Assembly: GCA_965235115.1 (NCBI GenBank)
Contig: OZ249451.1
Coordinates: 20,274,001-20,338,000 of the forward strand
Reading direction: 5' to 3'
Length of the DNA: 64,000 nucleotides
Source of the DNA: Laetmonice hystrix
Taxonomy: Eukaryota
Positions 12,061 through 25,657 of this stretch are shown here, in pieces. Positions within the stretch are counted from its first letter, which is position 1. Every line of letters starts with the position of its first letter. Below the pieces are notes generated by a model, which searched no databases, was not told where the DNA came from, and saw nothing but the letters and a program-made list of their open reading frames with translations. The position numbers and the translations under genes were made by a program.

Positions 12061-13530
12061 GAACAAACTAGCTGAAACCCGAATTTTGGGTTAACCGCAA
12101 ATATTCCAGGACCGACCCTTCGGCGTTTGCGGCATACACTTTTACTGGTGCGGTGTGTGAGAATTCAAGCAGGCACTTTCGTCGGGTTCAGCATGTAAAA
12201 TGTATTTGTATTCCCTTGGTATCTGCTATCGGGTTCGGAATGGTTCGGCGTATCTTGACCCATGCTCCCAAAAGGGGTGCCAAAAACGGGTCATGACTCC
12301 CAACCCACACGATTTATGTGAACCCCAGATCAATATTGGCTTCCCAGGATTGTCATTGAACTGAACCCCTCCTCATTTTGACCTGGTGTGCCTGGGTAAC
12401 TTTGATACCGAGAATCCAAGGGACTTTTGCCAAATCGCCACCACCCTTCCCTCATCCCAACCCCCAACCCCCGCCCCCGCCAAATAAAAAGTTTCATACA
12501 GAACCGTTTGAAGTGTAGCTATCTACATACGGAGCGAATTTGTTCGTAGACACGTTCACGTGCAGAAAACAGAAAACGTCATTTTTTTCATTGGATGAAT
12601 GATCTTGGCGGGCGCGTTTCTCAGCACCGTTTCGTGTACCTTCCTTCAGTGAGTTTCCGTTTTACATTACCCGATATGATATCGGTTTCAGACTCTGACC
12701 TGGGGTTTATTAAAACAGTTTCTGACGCCACTGATGGGGGTGAAACTTCCAGACCACTTGGTGCCATCGGTAAATACCATATCTCCAGCAAACCCCACCA
12801 CCCGACAATCTATGTGGTCCGTTACGTTCAAAACTTATAGACAGTTATGCTTTATTTTGAAAAATTATCGAACGTTTAATCTAGCGCTCAAGCTTGGCAT
12901 AAGAAGTGGCTCCTTCAACGAAAAATCCCACAGTAAAAGTTGGATACTTTTTGAGTATTCGCAGGAGAAGTAATATATAAGTGATACCCGCCCTATATAA
13001 GAAGCTTCGATTCACAAATTCGTTAACCTCCAAGAGTTTGGAGTTATTTTAAATATGCAAGCCAACTAGAAAATCTTAAGAAAATAGATCAGTTATGTGA
13101 AAAACACTATATAAAATATCGATATTTATGTAATGCATTGTTCATATTCGTAAATAGAATCGTGGAAGGGACAGATCAAAATTAAACAAAAATTGTGTTC
13201 CCCTTCTTAACAGAATTAAGATCTATAAAACAAAGTTATTAATTACACCATTCCTGTATTCTCACCATATGTGCAGTGAGGCAAAATGTCATGTTTGTAC
13301 ACGAGTTTATCATTTCATTTATTTCTTACCTCTTCAGCTACTTGTTTAAAAAGGTTAAAGTTAAATTATTATATGGACCATATACTTTAGTTTGTTGAAC
13401 CGTTCTTACTAAGCACCACTTTACAATAACTTGGAAAAGTATCGTTTTCAACGAATTTACGCAACCTTTCTTTAATGTCGATCGCTTCTGCCTTTGGTCC
13501 TACATCTGTAGAAAAAATCGCCGTTACTAC

Positions 13531-13661
13531 ATTGTCTGCAGGTGTAGGGAGTGACAAGGGGGCTCAGGCAACCCCTGGGCCCCAGAAATGTCGGGATTGT
13601 CTGCAGGTGTGGGGAGTGCCGAGGGGGCTCAGGCAAACCCTGGGCCCCAGAGAAGTCGGGA
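13531..13661 (+). repeat. 65-bp tandem duplication (2 diverged copies)
   Basis: attgtctgcaggtgt(a/g)gggagtg...cccaga(aat/gaa)gtcggga at 13531 and 13596. Confidence 0.85.
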
Positions 13662-16600
13662 GGGTGAAACCCGGGCTATCTAACACCTACTCTGGGAGTC
13701 AACCTCGATAAAGTCCTCTGTCATAGCCGTGGGAAAGTTTTAGCTTCTTGTTCACAGCCGCAATCTTGAGTCAATCCCTGTTATCTATAGACACTGTATA
13801 AAAGTGTTTCAGTCTAAATATCTCATAATACCAATGTACATGAGCTTCATTTTCAATTGAAGGATGCCCTGATAGTCATCTACCTAATGTCAAATGCTTT
13901 TCTACGGTCAATAAATACTGGAAACCAGTGGCTTCCCCGAGTGCAAAATGAACAGATAAAAAATACGTGATGACTAGAAAGTTTATGGATATATTTCAAT
14001 AAGAAACGGGACGGATATGACGTACACACTTTCCTCTTGTTACAGACTGCCCCGGTTTGAACTGTCCACGCTCTGGCCACTTATCTCGTCAAAAAGGCGC
14101 CAAGTAGCGTGTCTCGGTCACGTCCGCTGGCGCCTTGCTGTCACGTCGACAGCCATTAGTGACGCTTGTAAATGACGCCTGCGTTGGTGCCAATGGCGCC
14201 TATTACGGGTCCCAACTAAATGTGGCGTCAACGCCGTACCCTAAACCCAGAAACCCAAGAAAAAGTCATCAAGGGCTACACGCCACCAATTTCAGGAGGG
14301 AGAGCAATTTGGGCGACTCATGTCCTATCCCCTTGGTCGAACTCATTCATCTTCAAGTGACCGGTCAATACGCATGGACCAACACCCGGAAACTCTCTCT
14401 CTCTCTCCCTGTTTCTATACCAACTATTACAGTTAAAACCCTCCATACTTTAAAACGCATTCCACTCAAGTTGGTGCCTAAAAGTATAATTACACAGATC
14501 TGCACGCTTTCCAAGGCACACCTTAATAAGGGCATGGTGCACACACGCGTGGCAAGAGCACTCAGTACGCCAACATCTGTATGCGTGAGCAAGATCTTCC
14601 CGGCTTGTTTTCATCCTGGTCATTTTAGGGTATCGATCGAGTAACCCGACAAGGGAGCATTACCTTCGGTTCATCTCGGACATTTCCATTAATTTTCCTA
14701 AAAGAAGAGTAGTTAGGTGCTAGGGACGAATGGTGTGCCCTCATTGTTTTCCCCTACATTAGTATTTCGGTCAGGTTTAGGTCGGGCTAATAATTCGTTC
14801 GGCGATATTGATCCCATTATCAGGACAGATTGGATTGCACGTCCCCATTTCATGCACGACCGTGCCGTCATTGCCTGTAAATGTAGGAATCCCCAACGGT
14901 AACAAACGAAACGGACATCGAGTGTGTCCGTTTCGGTCAACCTGGGTAAACATTGTGCTATCTCAGCGCACTAAAGGGCTAAAGTAAATAATATGTTAGA
15001 CGGAGGCTGACTGCCAATGCGAGTCATTTGATAAATTGTAGTGTACCTCCGTAACATGGACAGCCCACGGCAACACGTGACGTAAAAAAGTCCAGTTCGT
15101 CTTTTACATAGGGATGCTCCATAAAGTGATAGGGTTTTCACGATTTACCACATATTTCTGCTAATTATGATCAATTTTCATGTCAACAAATTTGGGAAAT
15201 CTCTAATATAAAAAATACATCACCTAACGATTGTTACTTCGCCTGAAACCCGTTCAAAAAGAGTTCAAGATTATTTCTCTCAGGGGTTTCAGTGTACGTG
15301 TAACTTATTCGGGCCAAGAAAAGTCTGGGGTGCCGTTTACGAATTCGCTGCCGACGACCTTGGCACCCAAAGGTCACGTATTTTGGCATTCCGCGATTAG
15401 GCAACTCTGTAAACTGGAGAGGAATTCAGCTCATGAATGTATTCTGTGGCCAATATTTTTTCAAAAAGCCCGTGCGTCGTTTGCCCTTCCCAACCACGCT
15501 TGTCCTTGTAGTATACCGCAAAAATCAGAACGGAAAAGGCAGCCGGATATCGTCATCATGTTCATAGTCTATGCTGGATAAGTTTCAAGGGCCTAAGATG
15601 CATCAAACGCTTTCTGAAATTCTTCAGCGAGATTTTCTGATCAAGAAATGTAGACCTACCTCTGAGGACGTATCTTTCTGGATTCTTTTGAATAAAATCA
15701 TACGGGAGCCACCAACTGGAAGCAGTTTGCTCGTCAATGGCGTCTGAGAAACTGTGAACCTGGTCAACGACGCCCGTTATCGGGTAGGACCAAGGTTTTC
15801 GGGGTTAATGGGAGAACCCTTGCTGTTTCTAATGAGCGTCACCACTGAGAAACGGGCGGCGGTAACCTATCCCCTTGGAGAACGCCCTCTCTCTTTCAGC
15901 ATGTATGTCGCTACATATACAAAGGTCGCCATACAGGTTGTCTATAGAATACTCCATCGGAGCCTTCACCATTGCTTTCACCATAGAAGCGAAGCTGTCA
16001 AAGGCCTTGTTTAAGTCATCCATTGAAATGTCAAGCTTCCATCTTATTTAGTAACGTTTGGTTATCCGTATGGAGGCATCCTAGCCACCTTTGCAAGAAC
16101 TTAATACTTTCTTATATATTTTTGTATTTATTCAGTATATTGACACATAATATTAATACGAAAATAAATGCATCTTGTTCTTGAACGTTCTCTTTATCTT
16201 CCAAGTTGTTTCAAAACGAAATTATCAAAACCATCTGATGCTTATGCATTAGAGCAATCCACCGGCAAACGATTCGTTCCTTACGAAAACAGTGGCTTCT
16301 GTCGACTTTACCTACTTATGACTAAGGGGAATATATCAATCGTTATATTGGTGCTGTGCCTTCTAGGTCGGCCATTATTCAGCGCAGGCGCGAGGCGGCG
16401 CACGGCAGGACCATTTTAGGGGAGGCCTGAGGGTTCGAACTTGTCCCACCTACAGGCTGTTGCTGTAGTCACATGGTTCATCTCCGCCGTGTCGCGATGT
16501 ATCTCCCCGAGCTATTCCAGTAAATCTCGATATATATTATTGATGGCCCTAACGGTGAGGTGTCCAAAAGGTCACAACTATGCTAATAGCTTAGTGTTAC

Positions 16601-18801
16601 GACAATAATGTTAGAGAGCCTGTAAACAAATATAGCCTAGAGGAATATACTATCCCTGGACTTGTGTGGAATTGATAAAAGTATGCGTTTGTAAGAATTC
16701 AGGGTCATTGTGTTGTTTCGGTTTGTTTTAACGAAGGGCACACGTTAAGAAGTTGCCAATATTTTAAAACCTTAGCATTATGATATTGAAGGGTTGTAGG
16801 ACAATGAGCTGGGCGAGGTATCTAGATTATCTAAGCAATCCGATTGCCTTCTCTATGAAGAAGGTCAAGTTATAAGCAGGGTAATCTGTATAATTATCGC
16901 CCTCATATAGACGAACATCCCTTGATGAGAATTATCCACCGCTCGGTTCTGGGTCTAATTACATTGTGTCTTCATCTCAAGGCCACAGCAATTAGTGCCA
17001 TGACGAAAGGCAAAGGTTGTCTTTCACTTCGGGTCGGAGAGGCCGCTCCACTCTGCCACATGGGAGAACATCTCATGGATACTTTATGAAAACACAAAGC
17101 GAACTGTACAAGATTTGTTACGTATTTCCATTCATCATATCTTTGTATACAGCATTGGGGCGAAGGCCGACTCGGCAACAGTTGGGATAAATGTGTGCAT
17201 GTGGTGAGCTTGCTGAAACGATGGCAGCTCCGGGTGCGCGCCCACTTTTTGCGCCCTTCATTATCATCGTCTGTACCTCCAAGGGAGAGAATCGGGATGC
17301 GTGGCCATGGCCTGGGACGAGCCCAGTTGACTGCCAGGCTCGCCGACCGAAGAAATTCATCACATCTCCCGGCCCCCCACACCCCTTCACCCCACCCCAC
17401 CACCAAGAACCCCCGGGCCTGAGATGATACGGGACACCCTCACTCATTATCGCTCAGTTCCTGCGGGACGGGCTGCCCATTGCGCCGTACTCTGGCGCTT
17501 ACACCATTTTTTTACTCCCCCGGTCACAGTATGGGAACCGTTTTATCAATATTTCACGCTCGCCTGCCCGGCACCGAGGTACAAAAGCTGCAGGGAAAGA
17601 CAGATGGTTCGTTGATACGTACACGTGGGATTTGTTTCTGTATAGAACAGGATGAATGCCCCAAACATGATGCATCGACGAATGCATAGTATTAATTTAA
17701 ACATGGTGGTTGTATGGGACTGATGCCTCTTCATCTTCATAGCGCCAAGATCTTTGCCCCCACATTGATCGTCCTTTGACGATGCTGAGCAAGTCTTGTA
17801 ACAACAGATTTGTTTTCGTATTCCTGTCGACACCATAGTGGTTTCGTAGGACCGTTTATAATCCTTAGGATGGTAGCACGGCCGAGGCAGATGGTATACC
17901 GCAGTGCATGAACAGCCTGAACAAGCCTTCAACAACCATGCCACAGGTTACTGGTGTTTGGTGAACGATTTACTGAAAGAAAAATATGTCTGTGATAAAA
18001 GGACTGAAGATATTGCTCAATTCAACACATGTTAATGTGGTTTCCCGTCCGCGTTTGGCGAAGGATAGTTTGCAGCCTTTGCTTTGCTTTTAGAACCTGG
18101 CAGCGACTTAGGAGGGTGATATTCTACACCCAAACATTTTCACACCGAAACCAGCACCGCCCCCACCTTTTTTTTATAAACCATTCCATCTCTCTATCTA
18201 CCCTCCACAATGCACTGGTCCATTTCCTTGTTTTCTCCCCAAACCCTGACGTCTGTTAACGTTCCCCGACGTCCATGATGGATTGTTCAAAACTTGATCT
18301 GATTTCCACCGACCTCTCTGTAACCAACCTTTCGTTTTGACCTGTCGTTTTCCTGTCAGACAGTGAATGCCTCCCCCGTGAGGGGCCCGACTCCCAGCGG
18401 AGAAAAGAAACTACAGATGCTGACTGACATCTTAACTTGGGGTCAGCTGCGTATAACAGATGACATATAATTACGCAATTACGTTTTAGAAGATTCCTTA
18501 TTGTGTGAGATCTTTTCGCTCGTGGCCCTGAGGTATATTACCGATATGTGTGGTAACGGAGGAGGGATGGCTCTGCGCGGAGAGTCTACAAATAGGAGTC
18601 GTGGTTGTAAGAGAGTGATTGAAGCCAGACCTTTCAGTACTTATACAACTAACATTACTGTAAATGTCAATATCACATGGAAGGCATCCTCTCATACACA
18701 TGTCGTGAACGGACACAAAGTGATGGATTGTAGTCATTAGTGTCCAGCCTGTCCAACTGACTCAAACTACGGCCCTGACATCTTCCGCATTTGAGCTCCA
18801 A

Positions 18802-18831
18802 GGGTCATGACCTCCCGCTGACCACTGACCA
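18802..18831. promoter_or_regulatory. composite nuclear-receptor element (IR0 plus imperfect DR5/DR1)
   Basis: GGGTCATGACCT 18802-18813, then cccgc TGACCA c TGACCA. Confidence 0.35.
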
Positions 18832-20067
18832 ATCGACCACTGGTCAATTCTCAGGGCACCGACCACAGGAAAGCATTTAATACGTTATTCGTTTTGCTGA
18901 GATTCCATATGGTTTCAGCGATCAACAGGGAAACTACCAGAGGAAATAGAATTCCCGTGTAAATTGTGCCTATACTTTCTCATCTCGATCTTAGAGATTG
19001 TCAGCTTTTTTCGTTTCTCTTCATTTCTCCACACACGCGATGAACTGTCGCTCAACGATAACAAACATTTTGGATAGTAACTCTTTAGGTAGTCTGCAGA
19101 GGCTACGGTCAAACTATAACTTGTCAATCATATTCACCTTTGTCCTTGAAAGGGAAAAATGAAATTTTTCCGATTACGTCCCCCCTCCTTTCGATTCTGT
19201 TTCTCCCACTGGCCCTGACAGATACTCATCTTGACGCCCCATCCACTATCCTCCATTCTTTCACACGCACCCCTCCCCCACCCCCGCCATTAGGTTAGGA
19301 TAATCCTTCCAGGAAAGTCTTAAGAACATGGCTGCATTCAGTCGGGTTTCACAGTACAATTAGTCATCATTTCAGGGTTGCGAACACTGAACCCTTTTGA
19401 CCGGGTCGTACACGACCGTCCGCGCGCACGCACGCGCGCACCCCCGCCGACCCGCGTCCCTCACAGTGGCTTCCCCCACATCCAGCTTGTCTTGTCCTCA
19501 GCCTTGTGACAGATCGCCCAAAGGGGTCGCTCCTACAAGTGAAACCTCTCACTTTTTTTTGTTTTTACCAGCAGCATTGGAATTGTTCATTGAAACTGTC
19601 ATTTCCTGTGAGTCACTGACAGATATTTCGTCTGGCCCTTTCTGAATCGTTTTTTGTTTCGGCTCTCCGTCGGCCTGCGACACCATGCTCCATGTTCTGA
19701 GGTTTTTTGGGTGTCTCCCTGACGACTCCAAGAAGTATTTTTCAAATCTATCACCAAGTAATTCGATGGAAATGACCCGACTTTATTCACAGACTCTTGG
19801 TTAGTGTATTATTAACGTCTCGACTGAGAAACTTTTTACAGCCAGACAGCAGGGTCTGTCCCAATGGGAACGGTGTCTTCTGAGGCTGGCCGCAGACCGT
19901 TTGCATGCAACGGAGTTCAAAATTCCTGCTATAGCAACAACAAGTACCGTATGACACAGAGAACGAGAGAAAAACTAAGGCAATTATAGACTCTTTACAC
20001 AAATAACCTACAAAAATGTGCTGCATTGTTAGCTCTGCATGCAGGCAGGAGACTCAGGACGAGCTGT

Positions 20068-20084
20068 TGACCTGAAGGTGACCT
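20068..20084 (-). promoter_or_regulatory. perfect DR5 nuclear-receptor element (RARE-type)
   Basis: + strand TGACCT gaagg TGACCT = AGGTCA ccttc AGGTCA on the - strand. Confidence 0.5.
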
Positions 20085-20908
20085 TTCGGGTAAAAATTTC
20101 TCGACTCGATGTTACCATCGGCGTTTGTGACCTTGTTGTGAAGCCAACATGCCCTTCAGGCTGTCCGTTTAACAAAACTATTTTTCAAGAAACGAATACA
20201 GTTAAACGTGTGTTGAACGGCAAAGAAGAAATGACGCGCTGGTCGCTGCTTACGGCCTGTTCGAATGTTTTAAACGGGCGTTTGGAACGTCTGACAAACG
20301 AATATACACGCAAATAGAACACCTTTGTTTTTATCTTCTAATGGTTGAATCATCAAGTTGTTTCTTAGAGCTCACAGCGTCTCCGTTTTGGACGCCAAGT
20401 TATCATGTGTGAAAACGAGGCAGTTTCTCTACTCGTTGTTTTGTACAGAGTCTGACTGCATCAAGTTGCAGTTCTCCCGCACCCCCGCTCCCCCCTCCCC
20501 AGGGGGTGGTGGTTTGGGCATGCGCGACACCCTTTCTTCCTGGGGTGAAGGTTCAAGGGGTTGAAAGGGTAACCCCGCTTGCGTTACTGACCCACTTATA
20601 TTAAAACCATCCATCAGATTCTCTTGATGCTATGATCTCGGTCATCAAGAATTAAAATCCTTTCGATCCACTTTGTCCTAATACGATTTGTGTGGTAAGC
20701 CCGACCACCGGGGGTTCCCTCGCACCATACGTCAATCATGGAACAACGAATCAATCTCTACCGTCATGATTTCTCACTAAATGTCTCACCAAATGACTGC
20801 TGCTCCTTGGGATGTCATTATGTTGTTTGATTCTTCAACCACAACATAGCTGTGGCCAGATTACCACCCGATCCCAGCGCACACTTTAATACACTTGTCT
20901 CGGCATCC

Positions 20909-21303
20909 GCAATGATACACATTGGTCGGACCTCCCCACTGGCAATGATATACATTGGTCGGACCTCCCTGCTAGCAATGATACACATTGGTGGGACCTC
21001 CCTGCTAGCAATGATACACATTGGTCGGACCTCCCCGCTAGCAATGATACACATTGGTCGGACCTCCCCGCTAGCAATGATACACAGTGGGTCGACCTCC
21101 CCGCTGGCAATGATACACATTGGTCGGACCTCCCCACTGGCAAAGATACACAGGAGGTCCACCTCCCTGGTAGTAGTGAAAAACCTGGGTCAGACCTCCC
21201 TGGTAGTAGTGGAGGTCAGACCTCCCTGGTAGTAGTGAAGGTCAGACCTCCCTGGTAGTAGTGAAGGTCATACCTCCCTGGTAGTAGTGGACCTCCCTGG
21301 TAG
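20909..21303 (+). repeat. 33-bp minisatellite (~7-8 copies) grading into a related 26-bp unit (~5 copies)
   Basis: gcaatgatacacattggtcggacctccccgcta, then cagacctccctggtagtagtg(g/a)aggt. Confidence 0.9.
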
Positions 21304-21594
21304 CAGCCAATGCCCTGGGAAGCACGTGAGCTGCGACTCGTAATAGGCTCTCAAGAAAATGACCCCAAAAAATACAATTTCTTCTGTTTATCATTTTCAA
21401 TACACAATCCATATTGAAAGACCGTCGAATGGTAAACGGCAGACAACAACAATGATGCCATGTTTGTTGAGGTACTCCTGGACACCAGGCTGGGATCGGA
21501 TTAGAGGGCAGGGAATGAATCCTCACAAACTTACACCTGGGGTGGAGATCGTTCTGTGGCACATCTGGCACGTAGACCCCCGTAAATTGACTCA

Positions 21595-21736
21595 NNNNNN
21601 NNNNNNNNNNNNNNNNNNNNNNNNNNNNNNNNNNNNNNNNNNNNNNNNNNNNNNNNNNNNNNNNNNNNNNNNNNNNNNNNNNNNNNNNNNNNNNNNNNNN
21701 NNNNNNNNNNNNNNNNNNNNNNNNNNNNNNNNNNNN
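21595..21736. other. assembly gap (N run)
   Basis: Ns in sequence. Confidence 1.
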
Positions 21737-22905
21737 GACAGAGTCCATTTCGAGCACAACTTGTACACTTGCCATAGAGTAGGCCTACGTTAACGTCTTT
21801 AGGCTATACTGATGGAGGGAGGGGGGGGAGGTAAACTTAATTTGCATGTAACTGAGTGCCTTTAATCCATGGATATTTGCTGTGAATTTTAAAATACCAC
21901 AACCGAGAAGAATGTTCCGGGTATTTTCTGAACCAAGGCATATTTTGTCGATTTAATTTTGTTTAAACCTCTGTTGCCTGTCATATATGTCGATTCGATA
22001 TTCACGGACTACAGACGGTATCGTTCAGCAGATTTAAGCCTGGGTTAGAACTCATCTATAATTCAACGTGGAAGAAGCATTTGTTTGCTTTGTGGCAGCG
22101 CTGAAGCGGGGAGGGAGGGTGAGGGTGAGGAGGGAGGGTGGGAGGGTGGGGCGGGAAGGGAGGGAAACGCCATCAATCAGCCATCGTGCTCGCACTGCCT
22201 CCAACACCCTGCTCAATCTCCCATGCAAAGCGCGAACTGCTCCGAAACGGAGCTCTATCGTGATTGGAGTGGGCTCCTTCCACAGATTGGCGGCTGCTAT
22301 GTAATTATGGAAACCTTCTGTCCCCAGGATTTATCCCATCCTGTTATTCATCCCCCGCCCGTGTTCATACTAGAGTTTTTGTTAATTTTTCCCTCGATAT
22401 TTCAAGCCGTTCAGAGAGCAAGGTATGGCCTGCGTTATCTCATGAATATGACGTCTTGATCTCAGTAGATAGTAAACGACAGAAATGATTTGAACAGACA
22501 TGGAGAAAATGAATAGAATTAAAATTACGCCACCAAAAAGTGTTCCGATGAGGCCAAGGTTAGGCAGGCCTGTTCCGTACAACATCACATTCAGAGGGAA
22601 ACAGCAAACGAAAAAGGTTTCACAGCCTTCCGCCATGAATAATATCTGCACTAATTGGGGCTAAGTAATTGGCACAGTCACTTGCTACCTCCACCCAATC
22701 AGGATCTGATATTGAATAGCGTTGTTCTAATGTGTCAAACATTATGATCAAGGACAATGAGGGCAGAAAAAAACATTTACACCTTCTCGTCGTGTAACAG
22801 AAACAACTGTTCCCTAGTGTAGACTGATTCAGTATAATCAACCTGGTATCATGGTAGTACATATAGTATCATGGTAGTACATATATCTGTATACATGTAC
22901 ATTGT

Positions 22906-23886
22906 ATCTGGTATAACTGCCACCATAAGTTATGGTACTACATATCTGTAGACATGTATCTGGTATAACGGCCACCATAAGTTATGGTACTACATATCTG
23001 TAGACATGTATCTGGTATAACGGCCACCATAAGTTATGGTACTACATATCTGTAGACATGTATCTGGTATAACGGCCACCATAAGTTATGGTACTACATA
23101 TCTGTAGACATGTATCTGGTATAACGGCCACCATAAGTTATGGTACTACATATCTGTAGACATGTATCTGGTATAACGGCCACCATAAGTTATGGTACTA
23201 CATATCTGTAGACATGTATCTGGTATAACGGCCACCATAAGTTATGGTACTACATATATGTAGACATGTATCTGGTATAACGGCCACCATAAGTTATGGT
23301 ACTACATATCTGTAGACATGTATCTGGTATAACGGCCACCATAAGTTATGGTACCTCATATAGGTAGACATGTATCTGGTATAACGACCACCATAAGTTA
23401 TGGTACTACATATCTGTAGACATGTATCTGGTATAACGGCCACCATAAGTTATGGTACTACATATCTGTAGACATGTATCTGGTATAACGGCCACCATAA
23501 GTTATGGTACTACATATCTGTAGACATGTATCTGGTATAACGGCCACCATAAGTTATGGTACTACATATCTGTAGACATGTATCTGGTATAACGGCCACC
23601 ATAAGTTATGGTACTACATATCTGTAGACATGTATCTGGTATAACGGCCACCATAAGTTATGGTACTACATATCTGTAGACATGTATCTGGTATAACGGC
23701 CACCATAAGTTATGGTACTACATATCTGTAGACATGTATCTGGTATAACGGCCACCATAAGTTATGGTACCTCATATAGGTAGACATGTATCTGGTATAA
23801 CGGCCACCATAAGTTATGGTACTACATATCTGTAGACATGTATCTGGTATAACGGCCACCATAAGTTATGGTACTACATATCTGTA
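22906..23886 (+). repeat. 52-bp minisatellite, ~19 near-identical copies
   Basis: Unit gtataacggccaccataagttatggtactacatatctgtagacatgtatctg. Confidence 0.97.
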
Positions 23887-24930
23887 GTGATGAAAGGTAT
23901 CAACATAATCCTCTTACGTCTCTGTATATGTTTACATTTATACATTTATCTACATTCATACACAGCTTGCGACCACGTGTGACAACTATATGCCTCAAGG
24001 ACCATGAAACCATTTGTTGTGGTATTTCTCATGTGTCTCGCCGTAGGGACACACTCAGGCTTAGTTCTTCTATTATTATTTATTCCCTAACCCACCCCCA
24101 CCCCCACCCCCACCCCCACCCGCCTCAGAATATCTGTTTACCTTGGGCATTCATATAGGATGCTGGGATAATAAGAGCTGATCCATCAAAGCACTGCCTC
24201 TTTCTGGAGTGGTCGGTGGGCTGACGGGTATTTTGAAGAACGACTCGAGTCTTGTGACACTGTCCCCTTCTCGGGATGCGACCACAGGCAAGCTGTCCAA
24301 CTCCACGACCATAAATGATGGATTTCGTCTTTAAATATTTCAAGCACCATTCATCATCGTTCATAGCGGTCTAATATAGATGTAGATGTCTGTTATTTGA
24401 CAATTTATCGTTTGATAAAAAAGATTATATAAATAAAACATGTACATTATATAGATAGGACTCTACGATGTTGTATAAGTTATATTTAACGGTGACTCCG
24501 TGGTGTGTCGGGGGACGGGGTTGTATTAAGTAGACGAGGTTGGGTTGAGAGCGCTGCCACACACCTGTCCCAAAGGTTGACCACTACCGATCGGTGATCT
24601 AATCCTCTAAGGGAGATCGATGTTGATCGATGAGGTTGTCCCTGGCAGCGGCGGCGACGGCGGCCAGTGACTGCCGGGGGACGTGGGAGGGGGTGGCCGG
24701 GCGGGTTGTGCCCCCCACCCCCGGCCCCACCCCGGCGCTGTCAACCCACCCGCCCGTCTGTCCGGTTGTCCGGCTGTCCACCCACCTCCAGTAATACAGG
24801 CTCACTGTCACATCCACCTCCAGCGCGAGCCCAGCCTGGAGACAGCCGCTATCCTCATCATGATCTGAGACCACCCTGGAGAATCACCCTCCTGTCTCTC
24901 TCCATCTCCGCTCTCCCCGCCAACCCTAGC

Positions 24931-25533
24931 TTCACATTGACAAACCTCACATTGACAACCGTCACATTGACAAACCTCACATTGACAACCCTCACATTGA
25001 CAACCCTCACATTGACAACCCTCACATTGACAACCCTCACATTGACAACCCTCACATTGACAACCCTCACATTGACAACCCTCACATTGACAACCCTCAC
25101 ATTGACAACCCTCACATTGACAAACCTCACATTGACAAACCTCACATTGACAACCCTCACATTGACAAACCTCACATTGACAAACCTCACATTGACAAAC
25201 CTCACATTGACAACCCTCACATTGACAAACCTCACATTGACAACCCTCCCATTGACAAACCTCACATTGACAAACCTCACATTGACAAACCTCACATTGA
25301 CAAACCTCACATTGACAAACCTCACATTGACAACCCTCACATTGACAAACCTCACATTGACAAACCTCACATTGACAACCCTCACATTGACCAGCCTCAC
25401 ATTGACAACCCTCACATTGACAAACCTCACATTGACAAACCTCACATTGACAAACCTCACATTGACAACCCTCACATTGACAACCCTCACATTGACAACC
25501 CTCACATTGACAAACCTCACATTGACCAGCCTC
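24931..25533 (+). repeat. 15-bp minisatellite, ~40 copies
   Basis: Unit ctcacattgacaa(a/c)c. Confidence 0.97.
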
Positions 25534-25657
25534 GGACTGAGAACGGATATCACGACCTAATCTGCCAGTCTATGGAGCTCGCTTAATGACCTTCAACTTC
25601 CCCATCCTCCCCCACTCATTAAAAACTAAACACAGTGGAACTGACTTCCCCCTGTCT

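Noticed and set aside
12522-12550. Small hairpin containing CGAATTTGT (as at the 3' end of miR-10)
   Set aside because: Lacks the TACCCTGTAG seed region and is too short for a pre-miRNA.
15829-16040. Minus-strand DDLNKAFDS resembling the LINE reverse-transcriptase D-x-x-KAFD motif
   Set aside because: Single short motif; flanking residues do not continue RT similarity by eye. BLASTX would settle it.
16425-16445. Isolated Pol III B-box-like GGTTCGAAC (also GGTTCGATCC near 46137)
   Set aside because: No correctly spaced A box or SINE body was recognised.
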